Of a stretch of 64,000 nt of DNA, positions 29,566 to 38,271 are shown in pieces. The position numbers were made by a program, and so were the translations under genes. The notes under the pieces are model-generated. The model had not been told where the DNA came from and did not search any database. It was given only the letters and a program-made list of their open reading frames with translations. The number at the start of each line of letters is the position of its first letter. Positions within the stretch are counted from its first letter, which is position 1. The stretch comes from Cytophagia bacterium (GTDB lineage: Bacteria > Bacteroidota > Bacteroidia > Cytophagales > Spirosomataceae), in contig REAB01000053.1 in the NCBI GenBank assembly GCA_004293645.1, forward strand, positions 1,182 to 65,181, given 5' to 3'.

Positions 29566-29961
29566 TCACAACGCCACGTGCGCCCGAATTTGGCGGGCAA
29601 TGTCGGCCAATTCTTCGGGTTTCATTTGGAGTTTTTTGTTGAAATTCATGTCGGACATGCTGTTCAACGGAATGAGGTGCACGTGGGCGTGTGGCACTTC
29701 CAAACCCACCACCGCCACGCCTACGCGCTTGCACGCAATGGCTTTTTCGAGGGCAGCGGCTACTGTTTTTGAAAACCCCATTAGGCCCAAATAAAGCGCG
29801 TCGTCGAGGTCAAAAATGTAGTCGGTTTCTTGTTTTGGAACAACCAATGTGTGCCCAACGGCGCAGGGGAAAACGTCTAAAAAAGCCAAGAACTGGTCGG
29901 TTTCGGCAATCTTATGGCACGGAATCTCGCCATTGACAATGCGGGTGAAAATAGAAGGCAT
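29566..29961 (-). CDS. HIT family (histidine triad) protein
   Basis: It has the PHAHVHLIP triad. I moved the start to MPSIFTRIVNGEIP at 29961. Confidence 0.85.
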   Translation of the reverse strand: MPSIFTRIVNGEIPCHKIAETDQFLAFLDVFPCAVGHTLVVPKQETDYIFDLDDALYLGLMGFSKTVAAALEKAIACKRVGVAVVGLEVPHAHVHLIPLNSMSDMNFNKKLQMKPEELADIARQIRAHVAL

Positions 29962-30077
29962 TTTGGAAGAAATAAATAATTGACGCAGCAATTTAAGTTT
30001 TAACGAACCAGAATCGCAATTCAATTCATTTTTTTTGTAAATTAGCTTTCAAATTTCACCTTTTAGGCCGTGTTACT

Positions 30078-30812
30078 ATGAAACAACTGTACGTGCTTTT
30101 GGTGCTGTGGCTCACAATGGGGAGCGCATTTGGACAAAATAAGGTGTTTGGCGGGCATTGGTACGCTGGCAGCGAGGTGGGTATTTTTAGCAACAAAACC
30201 CGCATGATAGTGGGTGAGCTGAGTAAATATTCGGCGGGCGGTTCGGGCGTTATGCCGCTCTATGGCTTCAAAATAGGCCGCATGCTCAGCCCTTATTTGG
30301 CAGTCGAAACGGGTATTTATGCGCAACCGCTCAACATGGTGTACCAATATCAGTATGACTATCAGCGTGTTACGGGCGCAGCCCCGTTCCATTTTATAAT
30401 GTTTCCAGTGCGGCTCAATTACCGTTTGCAAGTGCTCAGTGAGCAGTTGGAAGCGCAAATTGGGGTTGGGTTGCAGTACGTTGATACGCGCAACCAACTG
30501 GCCAGGGAGTCGTTTAGTGGCAGCATTGTTACGCCGCGTCACACCAGCAAAGACAGTCTGTTTTATGTGGGCAACGTGGACATTGTGCGCAGCAGTATGA
30601 TTAATGCCGAAGTTAGTTTGGGCATCAATTGGGCGTTGTCGCGCCGCTGGACGGTGAGCGTATTTGGCCGCCAAGCAATGGGACTGGCAAACATAACCCG
30701 CGTGGAGGTGGACATTCGCCAAAACCAAGAACCCGTTGAAAAAGCCGAGTTTACGAGTCGCGGGTCGGGTTTTAACCTGGGCTTGGGCATCAGATACAAC
30801 CTACGAAAATAA
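30078..30812 (+). CDS. Outer membrane beta-barrel (porin-family) protein
   Basis: It has a signal peptide (AFGQ) and an alternating beta-strand pattern. Confidence 0.6.
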   Translation: MKQLYVLLVLWLTMGSAFGQNKVFGGHWYAGSEVGIFSNKTRMIVGELSKYSAGGSGVMPLYGFKIGRMLSPYLAVETGIYAQPLNMVYQYQYDYQRVTGAAPFHFIMFPVRLNYRLQVLSEQLEAQIGVGLQYVDTRNQLARESFSGSIVTPRHTSKDSLFYVGNVDIVRSSMINAEVSLGINWALSRRWTVSVFGRQAMGLANITRVEVDIRQNQEPVEKAEFTSRGSGFNLGLGIRYNLRK

Positions 30813-30815
30813 CCA

Positions 30816-31973
30816 ATGCCTTTCGATTATTCCTCTTTTTTGGTAAAACTTACCGCCTTTCCGCACCGGGGCGTGGGGTCGGTTTATGAGCAAGAAGCCG
30901 CTCAAAGCATTGCCCAAACTTTGCAACAAAATTACTTCCAGGTGTCGCAGCACGCTTTCAAAACGCCCGCTACCTACGTTCCGATTGTGTATTGGCTCAT
31001 CGGTAGTTTGTTGGCAGGGCTGCTGACGGTGCAGTGGGGAGGCGTTTTTTCTACGCTGCTGGTGGCAGTGGCGGCCATCAATGGCTTGCTGTATTTCGAC
31101 TGGCGACCGTCGTGGCTGCTGCACGTGCCGCCGTTGGTAAAGTCGCAAAATGTGATTGGTAAATACGCAAGAGTAGCGCCTACTGCACCCAAACTCATTC
31201 TGATGGCCCATTATGACTCTGCGCCCGTGTCGTTTCTGTACCGTCGGCAAACCAAAGACGGCTTTCGCAATTCCATTCGGGTTTCCATGTTGCTCATGGC
31301 TTTGACCGTACCCGTAGCAGGGTTGAGTTATCATTTGCCCAACAACAATTACATGCTGGTTATCAGGGTTTTATTGACTATTTATTTTTTATTGCAAGCC
31401 ATTTTAGGCACCATTGATTACTTCCGAAAGGGCTACACCAACGGAGCCAGCGACAACGCCACGGGCGTAGTAGCGGCGGTAGCAACGGCCATTAAACTAA
31501 AAAACCAACTCAAAAATTGCCAGCTTGAAGTGGTGCTGACCAGCGCCGAAGAAGCGGGCATGATTGGGGCGTACTATTATTGGAAAGAACATTGCCAAAA
31601 AATCAAACAGCCCATTTACCTCATCAATTTTGACACCTTGGGGGCTGGTTCGCTCAAAATAATTACCAAGTCGGGCAGCATGACTCCCATTACTTACGAC
31701 AACATAGTGGCACAAACTGCCCTGCAAATTGTCCAAAACGATAGCCGTTTCAGAAATGTTTTGGCCGATAGCTGGCACACCGCCGACTTCGACAGTGCGT
31801 GGTTTGCGCGGGCAGGAGTGCCTTGCCTTACGCTGGCCGCGCTCGATGCCAACGGCCTGATGCCGCACATTCACCGCCCCCAAGATACCCTCGACCACGT
31901 GGATACCCGGCCCATGCTCCAAGCCATAGATTTGGCCGAAGCCATTGGTATTCAGATAGATAAACTCTTGTAG
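30816..31973 (+). CDS. Membrane-anchored M28 family metallopeptidase
   Basis: An N-terminal M28 segment and TM helices are followed by a C-terminal M28 catalytic part (SAEEAGMIGA). Confidence 0.65.
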   Translation: MPFDYSSFLVKLTAFPHRGVGSVYEQEAAQSIAQTLQQNYFQVSQHAFKTPATYVPIVYWLIGSLLAGLLTVQWGGVFSTLLVAVAAINGLLYFDWRPSWLLHVPPLVKSQNVIGKYARVAPTAPKLILMAHYDSAPVSFLYRRQTKDGFRNSIRVSMLLMALTVPVAGLSYHLPNNNYMLVIRVLLTIYFLLQAILGTIDYFRKGYTNGASDNATGVVAAVATAIKLKNQLKNCQLEVVLTSAEEAGMIGAYYYWKEHCQKIKQPIYLINFDTLGAGSLKIITKSGSMTPITYDNIVAQTALQIVQNDSRFRNVLADSWHTADFDSAWFARAGVPCLTLAALDANGLMPHIHRPQDTLDHVDTRPMLQAIDLAEAIGIQIDKLL

Positions 31974-32620
31974 CGTTTGTATTCTTTGGTCCAATTGTAA
32001 GCTCCAAAGGCCGCAATGATGCAAAAAGTAAAGTACAGCAACGCATACAATTTTACTTCTTTGAGGTAATACATGTACGTACTGATAACGTCTATGAACA
32101 ACCACACGTACCAAGCCTCAATTTTTTTGCGAATGAGCATAAAAGTAGCAAAAATGCTCATCACGGTTGTGAACGAATCCATGTAGGGAAACGCGCTGGG
32201 CAAACTGAATAAACTCGGAAACCAGTGGTGTAAATTGCGTGAGAACGTTCCTAAAAGCACCGTTATTGCGCCGCCGCCTACTGCCAAAATCCAGTATTGC
32301 TGCGTTGATAATTTGCTGATTTTTAGCTCGTTATTTTGGTTGGCTTCGTTTTGTTTGGGGTATTTCCATTGCCACCAGCCCAGTAGGTTGGTAACAAAGA
32401 AAAACACCTGTAAAAACATATCGGGATAAAGCTGAATTTGATAAAACAACGCAAAAGCCAGCACCACGTTGAGCAGTCCTACTACCCAACTCCACACGTT
32501 TTCGCGGGCCGATAGCCACACCGCCACGCCGCCACTCACGGTAGCCCACCACTCCAAATGGCTCATTTTATAGCCAAATGCTTCAAAAAAAATGTGGTTG
32601 ATGTTAAAAAAATCGATCAT
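31952..32620 (-). CDS. pnuC: Nicotinamide riboside transporter PnuC
   Basis: It is a PnuC-type 7-TM protein (WWATVSGGVAVWLSARENVWSW ... LLGWWQW). It converges on and overlaps the M28 gene by 22 nt. Confidence 0.8.
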   Translation of the reverse strand: MIDFFNINHIFFEAFGYKMSHLEWWATVSGGVAVWLSARENVWSWVVGLLNVVLAFALFYQIQLYPDMFLQVFFFVTNLLGWWQWKYPKQNEANQNNELKISKLSTQQYWILAVGGGAITVLLGTFSRNLHHWFPSLFSLPSAFPYMDSFTTVMSIFATFMLIRKKIEAWYVWLFIDVISTYMYYLKEVKLYALLYFTFCIIAAFGAYNWTKEYKRYKSLSI

Positions 32621-32626
32621 CGTGTC

Positions 32627-32661
32627 AAAAATAAGCCACAGCTTTTTGAGGGCTGTGGCTT
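32627..32661 (-). terminator. Intrinsic terminator after the MFS gene
   Basis: A 10-bp stem (AAGCCACAGC/GCTGTGGCTT) is followed by a U-run on the minus strand. Confidence 0.7.
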
Positions 32662-32689
32662 GGTATAAAGCAATAACAAAAAGTTAAAT

Positions 32690-33901
32690 CTAAGCCTGTA
32701 CCGTTTTGCGATTTTTCATCCAAAAATACAGCACCGTGAAAGCTACAATCAAAATAGCGGGAAATACCGCAATATTGTCTAACGTGGCCTGACCAGCGGC
32801 CAGTTCCATGGCATCGCCCGTGAGTCCTTTGGCAGTTTGAGTAACGCGTTCAGCGTCAATCCAGCTACCAATAATGGGCTGAAAAATAGCCGTCGAAAAC
32901 ATACCTACGCCGCCAATTACCGACATTCCCAATGCACCGCTCAAAGGTATTTTTTCGGCCACAAAACCCACCATATTTGGCCAGAATAGAGCTACACCCA
33001 TCGCAAAAAATACAGCTGCTACGTAAATCATTGTGCCCGTTTGGGTACTGAACAAATAAATACCGATGGTTGCTAAAATTGCCGAACCCAACAGCACGCC
33101 TGTTTGGTCAAGTTTTTCAACGATTGGCCCCGCAAAATACCTTATAACGGCCATTAAGCCCGTTACCAACGCCAGAATAATCATGGGGCTGGCACCGGAT
33201 TTGCTCATAATCAAGCCCGTCCATTGCTGCGGCCCAAACTCCGAAATGGCCGTGAGGGCCATGCAAGCAAACATGAAAAGATAAAGCGGGTTCAAGAACA
33301 TTGCCTTCAAGTTTTCGCCGATCGAAGCCGAGCCTTCTACCTTAGGCTTGGGAAATGCCTGACCCCAAAATAAATAGGCATAAATAAAAGTTGGAACCAA
33401 AATAAGCCAAATTTGGGCCTGCCAGCCTAAATTGGCATCGGTCATAAATTTGGACAATAAACTTCCAACTACAATGCCGCCTGGAAACCACATGTGGAAA
33501 CGATTCAGCATTTTGTTCATTTGCGAGCCTGAATACGTGTCGGCAATCATGGGATTGCAAGCTGCTTCGGTGCAACCGTTGCCGATTCCAATCAAAAAAG
33601 TAGAAAGCAACAAACCCGTGTAGCCGCCCGAATAAATGGTCAGTAAAATACCGACAGCATGACACACAAACGCTACTTGCATAATAATTTTTGGCCCAAC
33701 GGTGTAATAAACCAGCCCGCCGATAATCATGGCCAAAGGGAAACCCAAAAACCACATGGAGTTGATAAAACCGAGTTGCTCGGCAGTGAGACTGAACTCT
33801 GTGCCGAGCTGCGCCAATATTCCCGCTCGAATACTAAACGAGAAGGCCGTGGTGATGAGCGCGAAGCAGCTACCCAAAAATAATCTGTCTTTGTTAATCA
33901 T
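32690..33901 (-). CDS. MFS transporter (sugar/fucose-permease-like)
   Basis: It has a 12-TM MFS topology. Confidence 0.75.
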   Translation of the reverse strand: MINKDRLFLGSCFALITTAFSFSIRAGILAQLGTEFSLTAEQLGFINSMWFLGFPLAMIIGGLVYYTVGPKIIMQVAFVCHAVGILLTIYSGGYTGLLLSTFLIGIGNGCTEAACNPMIADTYSGSQMNKMLNRFHMWFPGGIVVGSLLSKFMTDANLGWQAQIWLILVPTFIYAYLFWGQAFPKPKVEGSASIGENLKAMFLNPLYLFMFACMALTAISEFGPQQWTGLIMSKSGASPMIILALVTGLMAVIRYFAGPIVEKLDQTGVLLGSAILATIGIYLFSTQTGTMIYVAAVFFAMGVALFWPNMVGFVAEKIPLSGALGMSVIGGVGMFSTAIFQPIIGSWIDAERVTQTAKGLTGDAMELAAGQATLDNIAVFPAILIVAFTVLYFWMKNRKTVQA

Positions 33902-34038
33902 TGTTTGAAAGGGTTTAGTTGAAGGTTAGAAATTAAGAGGGTACAAAACTTGAAAGCGTTTTTTAGTTTTTTTTTACCCAATTTTTGTGATAAAAAGCAT
34001 TTTTAAGTTTGAAGTATATTTACCCACCCATTCAAACG

Positions 34039-36180
34039 CTACGTTTTCTCGCCAATAGCCAACGCCAGCCGAATGATGCCGTAGTCGTAGTGCTGGTTGA
34101 GGTAATCGAAAATGGGGGCAACGGCGGTGTTGGGCTGATAATCTACGGCGCGGGCGGCCTCCATGATGGCCTCGTATTCTTGTTTTCTGATAAACCGCCA
34201 AAAATCAATGTCGTGGCCTTCGGTTTTTAGTTTTACCAGATGCCCCACAATGGTCCCCGAATTGAGGTTGCGGGTTTCGGCAATAGACTGCAAATCGAGC
34301 CCTTGTTCGTAGAGTTCGAGGGTGTCTAAATATGTTAAGCCTTTAACGGCCACGCGCGTACCTGTCTGGTTGTTTTCGCGGGCAAAGGCTACAATTTCGT
34401 CAATAAATGCCTTGCCGTAGCGTTTGTATTTTTCGTCGCCAACGCCCGATATGGCTTTCATTTGGGCTTCGGAGATGGGGCGGCGTTGGGCCATTTCAGA
34501 AAGCGTGGCATCGCTAAATATCACAAAAGGTGGCAAGTCGAGTTTATCCGAAATCTGCTTGCGGAGCGTTCGGAGGCGTTCAAACATGGCATCTTTAATG
34601 ACCTCTTTCTTGGTTTTTTCTTTGGGGGCCAGTTCTTCTTGCCGCGCTTTGCGTTCCTCTCCCGACACAAACTGCACCAAATCCACTTTTAGGCCATTTT
34701 TGAGTACGTCCCAACTTTTATCGTTGAGTTTAAAAGCGTGGCCTTCGTCGTAGGCAATGTCTATGATGCCCGAGTTGAGCAATTGGCTCAGGTAGTCGGC
34801 CCACTGTTCGCCGCGCAGGTCTTTGCCCACCCCAAAAGTAGGGAGCTTGTCGTAGCCTTGTCGGAGAATATTTTGATTGCGGCTGCCCCGTAAAATATCA
34901 ATGAGCATTCCCATGGCCACGTTTTGGCGGGTGCGGGCAATGCCCGACAGGGCTTTTTGGGCAATGAGCGTAGCATCAAATTTAGAGCGCGGATTGCGGC
35001 ATACGTCGCAGTTGCCGCAGTCTTTTTCGACGTTTTCGTTAAAATAACTCAGTAAAATGCGGCGGCGGCAAATGTCGGCTTCGGCATATTGCTTGATGCG
35101 GTTGAGTTTGGCTTCGAGCACTTCTTTTTGTTCCTGCGGCGACTCCGACTTCGTAATCATTTCTTGGCGCATCATAAAGTCGCTGAAACTATAAAACAGC
35201 ACTGTGTCGGCGGGGAGGCCGTCGCGGCCCGCGCGGCCTATTTCTTGGTAAAAACTCTCGACGTTGGAGGGCAAATTGTAGTGAATTACCCAGCGAATGT
35301 TCGATTTGTCAATGCCCATACCAAAAGCTACGGTAGCCACCATGACTTGCACGTCGTCGCGCAAAAAACGCTCTTGCGCCCGCGAACGCTCATCGCTGCT
35401 CATGCCCGCGTGGTAATATGCCGCCGAAATACCCGCTTTCTGCAAGCCCTCACACACCGACTCTGTACCCTTGCGGCTCAGGCAATACACAATACCTGGC
35501 TGCTTGGGTCGCTCGCTCACAAAGCGTTTGATTTGTTCGGTGCGCCGCAGTCCTGGCAGCACTGTGAGGCTCAAATTGGGGCGGTCGAAGCTGGCCAGAA
35601 ACACGGGCGCATCAACAATGCCGAGTTGTTTCAAAATATCGCGGCGCGTTACGCGGTCGGCGGTGGCGGTGAGTGCCACAATGGGTACTTGCGGAAATTC
35701 GCGCTTTAAGATGCTCAGTTGGCGGTATTCTGGCCTAAAATCGTGGCCCCAAGCCGAGATGCAATGCGACTCGTCAATGGCAAACAAACTGATTTGTAAA
35801 TCTTGCAAAAACCGCAACGTATTTTGCGAAAAAAGCCGCTCAGGAGCTACGTAGAGCAGTTTTAGTTCGCCCAATTTACATTTCCACAACACCGAGTCTT
35901 GCTCTTGTTGGCTCAAACTCGAATTGAGATAAGCTGCTCCTACGCCGTTGCCGCGCAATGCTTCTACTTGGTCTTTCATAAGGGCAATAAGCGGCGACAG
36001 CACCACGGTCAAGCCTTCTTTGAGCAGCGCGGGTACCTGAAAACAAAGCGATTTTCCACCGCCCGTGGGCATTAGCACCATGCAATCTTCGTTGCGGAGA
36101 ATGGTGTCAATAATGTCGGCTTGCAAGGGCCGAAAAGTGTCGTAGCCAAAATATTGTTTAAGGACTTGTTCTTTGGTCAT
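34039..36180 (-). CDS. recQ: ATP-dependent DNA helicase RecQ
   Basis: It has the DEAH-box variant FAIDESHCISAWGHDFRPEY, RQC Cys cluster and a C-terminal HRDC. I moved the start to MTKEQVLKQYFGYDTFRPLQ at 36180. Confidence 0.9.
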   Translation of the reverse strand: MTKEQVLKQYFGYDTFRPLQADIIDTILRNEDCMVLMPTGGGKSLCFQVPALLKEGLTVVLSPLIALMKDQVEALRGNGVGAAYLNSSLSQQEQDSVLWKCKLGELKLLYVAPERLFSQNTLRFLQDLQISLFAIDESHCISAWGHDFRPEYRQLSILKREFPQVPIVALTATADRVTRRDILKQLGIVDAPVFLASFDRPNLSLTVLPGLRRTEQIKRFVSERPKQPGIVYCLSRKGTESVCEGLQKAGISAAYYHAGMSSDERSRAQERFLRDDVQVMVATVAFGMGIDKSNIRWVIHYNLPSNVESFYQEIGRAGRDGLPADTVLFYSFSDFMMRQEMITKSESPQEQKEVLEAKLNRIKQYAEADICRRRILLSYFNENVEKDCGNCDVCRNPRSKFDATLIAQKALSGIARTRQNVAMGMLIDILRGSRNQNILRQGYDKLPTFGVGKDLRGEQWADYLSQLLNSGIIDIAYDEGHAFKLNDKSWDVLKNGLKVDLVQFVSGEERKARQEELAPKEKTKKEVIKDAMFERLRTLRKQISDKLDLPPFVIFSDATLSEMAQRRPISEAQMKAISGVGDEKYKRYGKAFIDEIVAFARENNQTGTRVAVKGLTYLDTLELYEQGLDLQSIAETRNLNSGTIVGHLVKLKTEGHDIDFWRFIRKQEYEAIMEAARAVDYQPNTAVAPIFDYLNQHYDYGIIRLALAIGEKT

Positions 36181-36222
36181 TGAGTTGATTTCTACACAAT
36201 GGTTCAATTGTGATTTACACGA

Positions 36223-36250
36223 AAATCGTCCGTGAAGACACGGACAATGG
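36223..36250 (+). repeat. Conserved hairpin-ATGG motif, copy 1 (AAATCGTC CGTG AAGA CACG GACAATGG)
   Basis: It matches 46877-46904 at 26 of 28 positions. The two differences form a compensatory C-G to A-T change in the 7-bp stem. Confidence 0.7.
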
Positions 36251-36282
36251 CACTTGTTGGCCACACAAACTTTACAGCATTC

Positions 36283-36780
36283 TTAAACGCGCTGCTTTAC
36301 AAAAAAACGTTTGAGCCAAGTATCTTCGGCACGCACTTTCCAGCGCGACATCCACTGCGCTTTGGTGGCTACTAAATTGTCGAAAACGGTGGTTTCGGGC
36401 AAAATGCGTTCTTCAAGCACGGCGGCTTTGGCTTGACTGATGGCAATGGTTTGAACGTGGCCGCTTTGGTCTAAATAAGCCACCGAGCGGTCGAAGAAAT
36501 CAATGCCCATTTGCGCGCCAATTTCGCGGAGCCAGTGGGTTGATTTGTCAATGGAGCAGCCGCTTGGGGAGGCTTGCGCTTCGTCCACGGCCACTACCAC
36601 AAAGCGGTTTAAGAAAATTTTGGCCGATGCCAACAACGGCTCGCCGTGGGCAGCCCAACCTTCCACGGCCGCTTTGAGGGTTTGGGTAATGGTGCTTACT
36701 TCGGCGGCGGTCAGGTCGCGGTTGGCCTGATATACCCACACGCGGGCTTCAAAGGCTATTTCGTCAAAAGATACGTACAT
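36283..36780 (-). CDS. Conserved hypothetical protein
   Basis: It is a 165-aa ORF with coding-like composition. Its start lies 1 nt from the stop of the upstream coiled-coil gene. Confidence 0.6.
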   Translation of the reverse strand: MYVSFDEIAFEARVWVYQANRDLTAAEVSTITQTLKAAVEGWAAHGEPLLASAKIFLNRFVVVAVDEAQASPSGCSIDKSTHWLREIGAQMGIDFFDRSVAYLDQSGHVQTIAISQAKAAVLEERILPETTVFDNLVATKAQWMSRWKVRAEDTWLKRFFVKQRV

Positions 36781-36781
36781 C

Positions 36782-37216
36782 TTATTTGTGTAATTTTTGA
36801 ATTTCTTGAAACATCATCGCAAAGCCTTTTTCCATCTTCAATTCCAAATTATCCACTTTGGCTTCCAACTTATCAAACCTTACTTCCAAGTTATCAAACC
36901 TTACTTCCAAGTTATCAACCTTGGCTTCCAAGTTATCCAATTTGGTCTCGACTCGCTGAATGTCAGTATCATGCTTGCGCGACGATTTGCGTAAATCGGT
37001 AAGTTCAGATAGGCGGTCTAATAGCGCGTTGATGACGTGGTCAAAAGCATCGTGGGTAAGTGTTTTATCCAAGCGAATTTTTATCTCCACCAACTCTGAC
37101 TCAATTTTTTCAATTCTGAGCCTCATTTTTGACTGGTCGCGCATCAATTCAGATACGGAACTTTCCATGTCAATAATATACAGTTCAATTTGGTCTAAAC
37201 GCTCGCGGTCGCTCAT
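36782..37216 (-). CDS. Coiled-coil protein with five tandem heptads
   Basis: LDNLEAK VDNLEVR FDNLEVR FDKLEAK VDNLELK is encoded by 21-bp tandem repeats at 36842-36947. Confidence 0.6.
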   Translation of the reverse strand: MSDRERLDQIELYIIDMESSVSELMRDQSKMRLRIEKIESELVEIKIRLDKTLTHDAFDHVINALLDRLSELTDLRKSSRKHDTDIQRVETKLDNLEAKVDNLEVRFDNLEVRFDKLEAKVDNLELKMEKGFAMMFQEIQKLHK

Positions 37217-37284
37217 AATTCATTGATTTTGTGTGTTAAGTAGTTGGGTAGAAATAGGCGGTTCGCCGCTGCGATTATATTATT

Positions 37285-37381
37285 TTTGATTTGTAATAAG
37301 AGGTAATTTGGTAGTAATAAATTGACAAACAGGCAATTACAACGAATTGCTATAATTACAAATAATTCCGATAAGTACTTA
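37285..37381 (+). repeat. Dispersed structured intergenic repeat, copy B (5' module only)
   Basis: It aligns with 28313-28400 (TTTGATTTGTAATAA ... GCAATTACA ... AAGTACTTA). Its 3' end overlaps the stop codon of the Fe-S gene. Confidence 0.7.
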
Positions 37382-38170
37382 TAAACCTTGTTGTTGGGCA
37401 ATCAGTTCGGCCAAATCATAGACCTTCACGGTGTCTTCGCGTTCTTTATTCTTCACGCCGTCGGTCATCATGGTCATACAAAATGGGCAACCTACCGCAA
37501 TGGTATCAGCTCCCGTGGCGAGTGCTTCTTCGATGCGTTCGATATTAATTTCTTTTTTGCCCGCTTCGGCATCTTTAAACATTTGCGCGCCGCCCGCGCC
37601 GCAGCAAAGGCCGTTGGTGCGGCAGCGTTTCATTTCTACCAACTCGGCATCTAAGGCTTCCAACACCGCTCGTGGGGCTTCGTAAACATCGTTGGCGCGG
37701 CCCAAATAGCAAGAATCATGAAAAGTTATTTTACGACCTTTGAAAACCCCACCACCTTCTATTTTGACGCGGCCTTCGTTGATGAGTTGTTGCAAATACT
37801 GCGAATGGTGAATGACCTCGTAGTTGCCTCCCAAAGCAGGATATTCGTTTTTGAGGGTATTAAAACAATGCGGACAAGCGGTAACTATTTTTTTAACGCC
37901 GTACATTTCAAGCACTTGTATGTTCGACATGGCCATCATTTGAAACGTAAACTCATTGCCAGCGCGGCGGGCGGGGTCGCCCGTGCAGCCTTCTTCGGTG
38001 CCCAAAACGGCAAACTTTACGCCTACTTGATTGAGAATTTTAACAAATGCCACGGTTACTTTTTTGTAACGGTCGTCGAACGAACCCGCACAGCCTACCC
38101 AAAATAATACTTCGGGAGTTTGACCATTGGCAGCCATTTCGGCCATAGTAGGGACTTTTACTGCATTCAT
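37379..38170 (-). CDS. (Fe-S)-binding protein with two cysteine-rich CCG domains (GlcF/GlpC/HdrD-like)
   Basis: It has Cys clusters (FWVGCAGSF, TACPHCFNTL, CCGAGG, VGCPFC). I moved the start to MNAVKV at 38170. Confidence 0.75.
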   Translation of the reverse strand: MNAVKVPTMAEMAANGQTPEVLFWVGCAGSFDDRYKKVTVAFVKILNQVGVKFAVLGTEEGCTGDPARRAGNEFTFQMMAMSNIQVLEMYGVKKIVTACPHCFNTLKNEYPALGGNYEVIHHSQYLQQLINEGRVKIEGGGVFKGRKITFHDSCYLGRANDVYEAPRAVLEALDAELVEMKRCRTNGLCCGAGGAQMFKDAEAGKKEINIERIEEALATGADTIAVGCPFCMTMMTDGVKNKEREDTVKVYDLAELIAQQQGL

Positions 38171-38271
38171 TGAGATTGGTAATATTGAGTTGATGAACAA
38201 AGTACAAACATAGACAAATTAAGCGTAATTTGCACGTAAAAATAGCAGTTGCCAATTTACCACTAAACACC

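Noticed and set aside
32621-32689. An NAD+-type riboswitch upstream of pnuC
   Set aside because: The spacer is only 69 nt and is largely occupied by the terminator hairpin of the upstream MFS gene.
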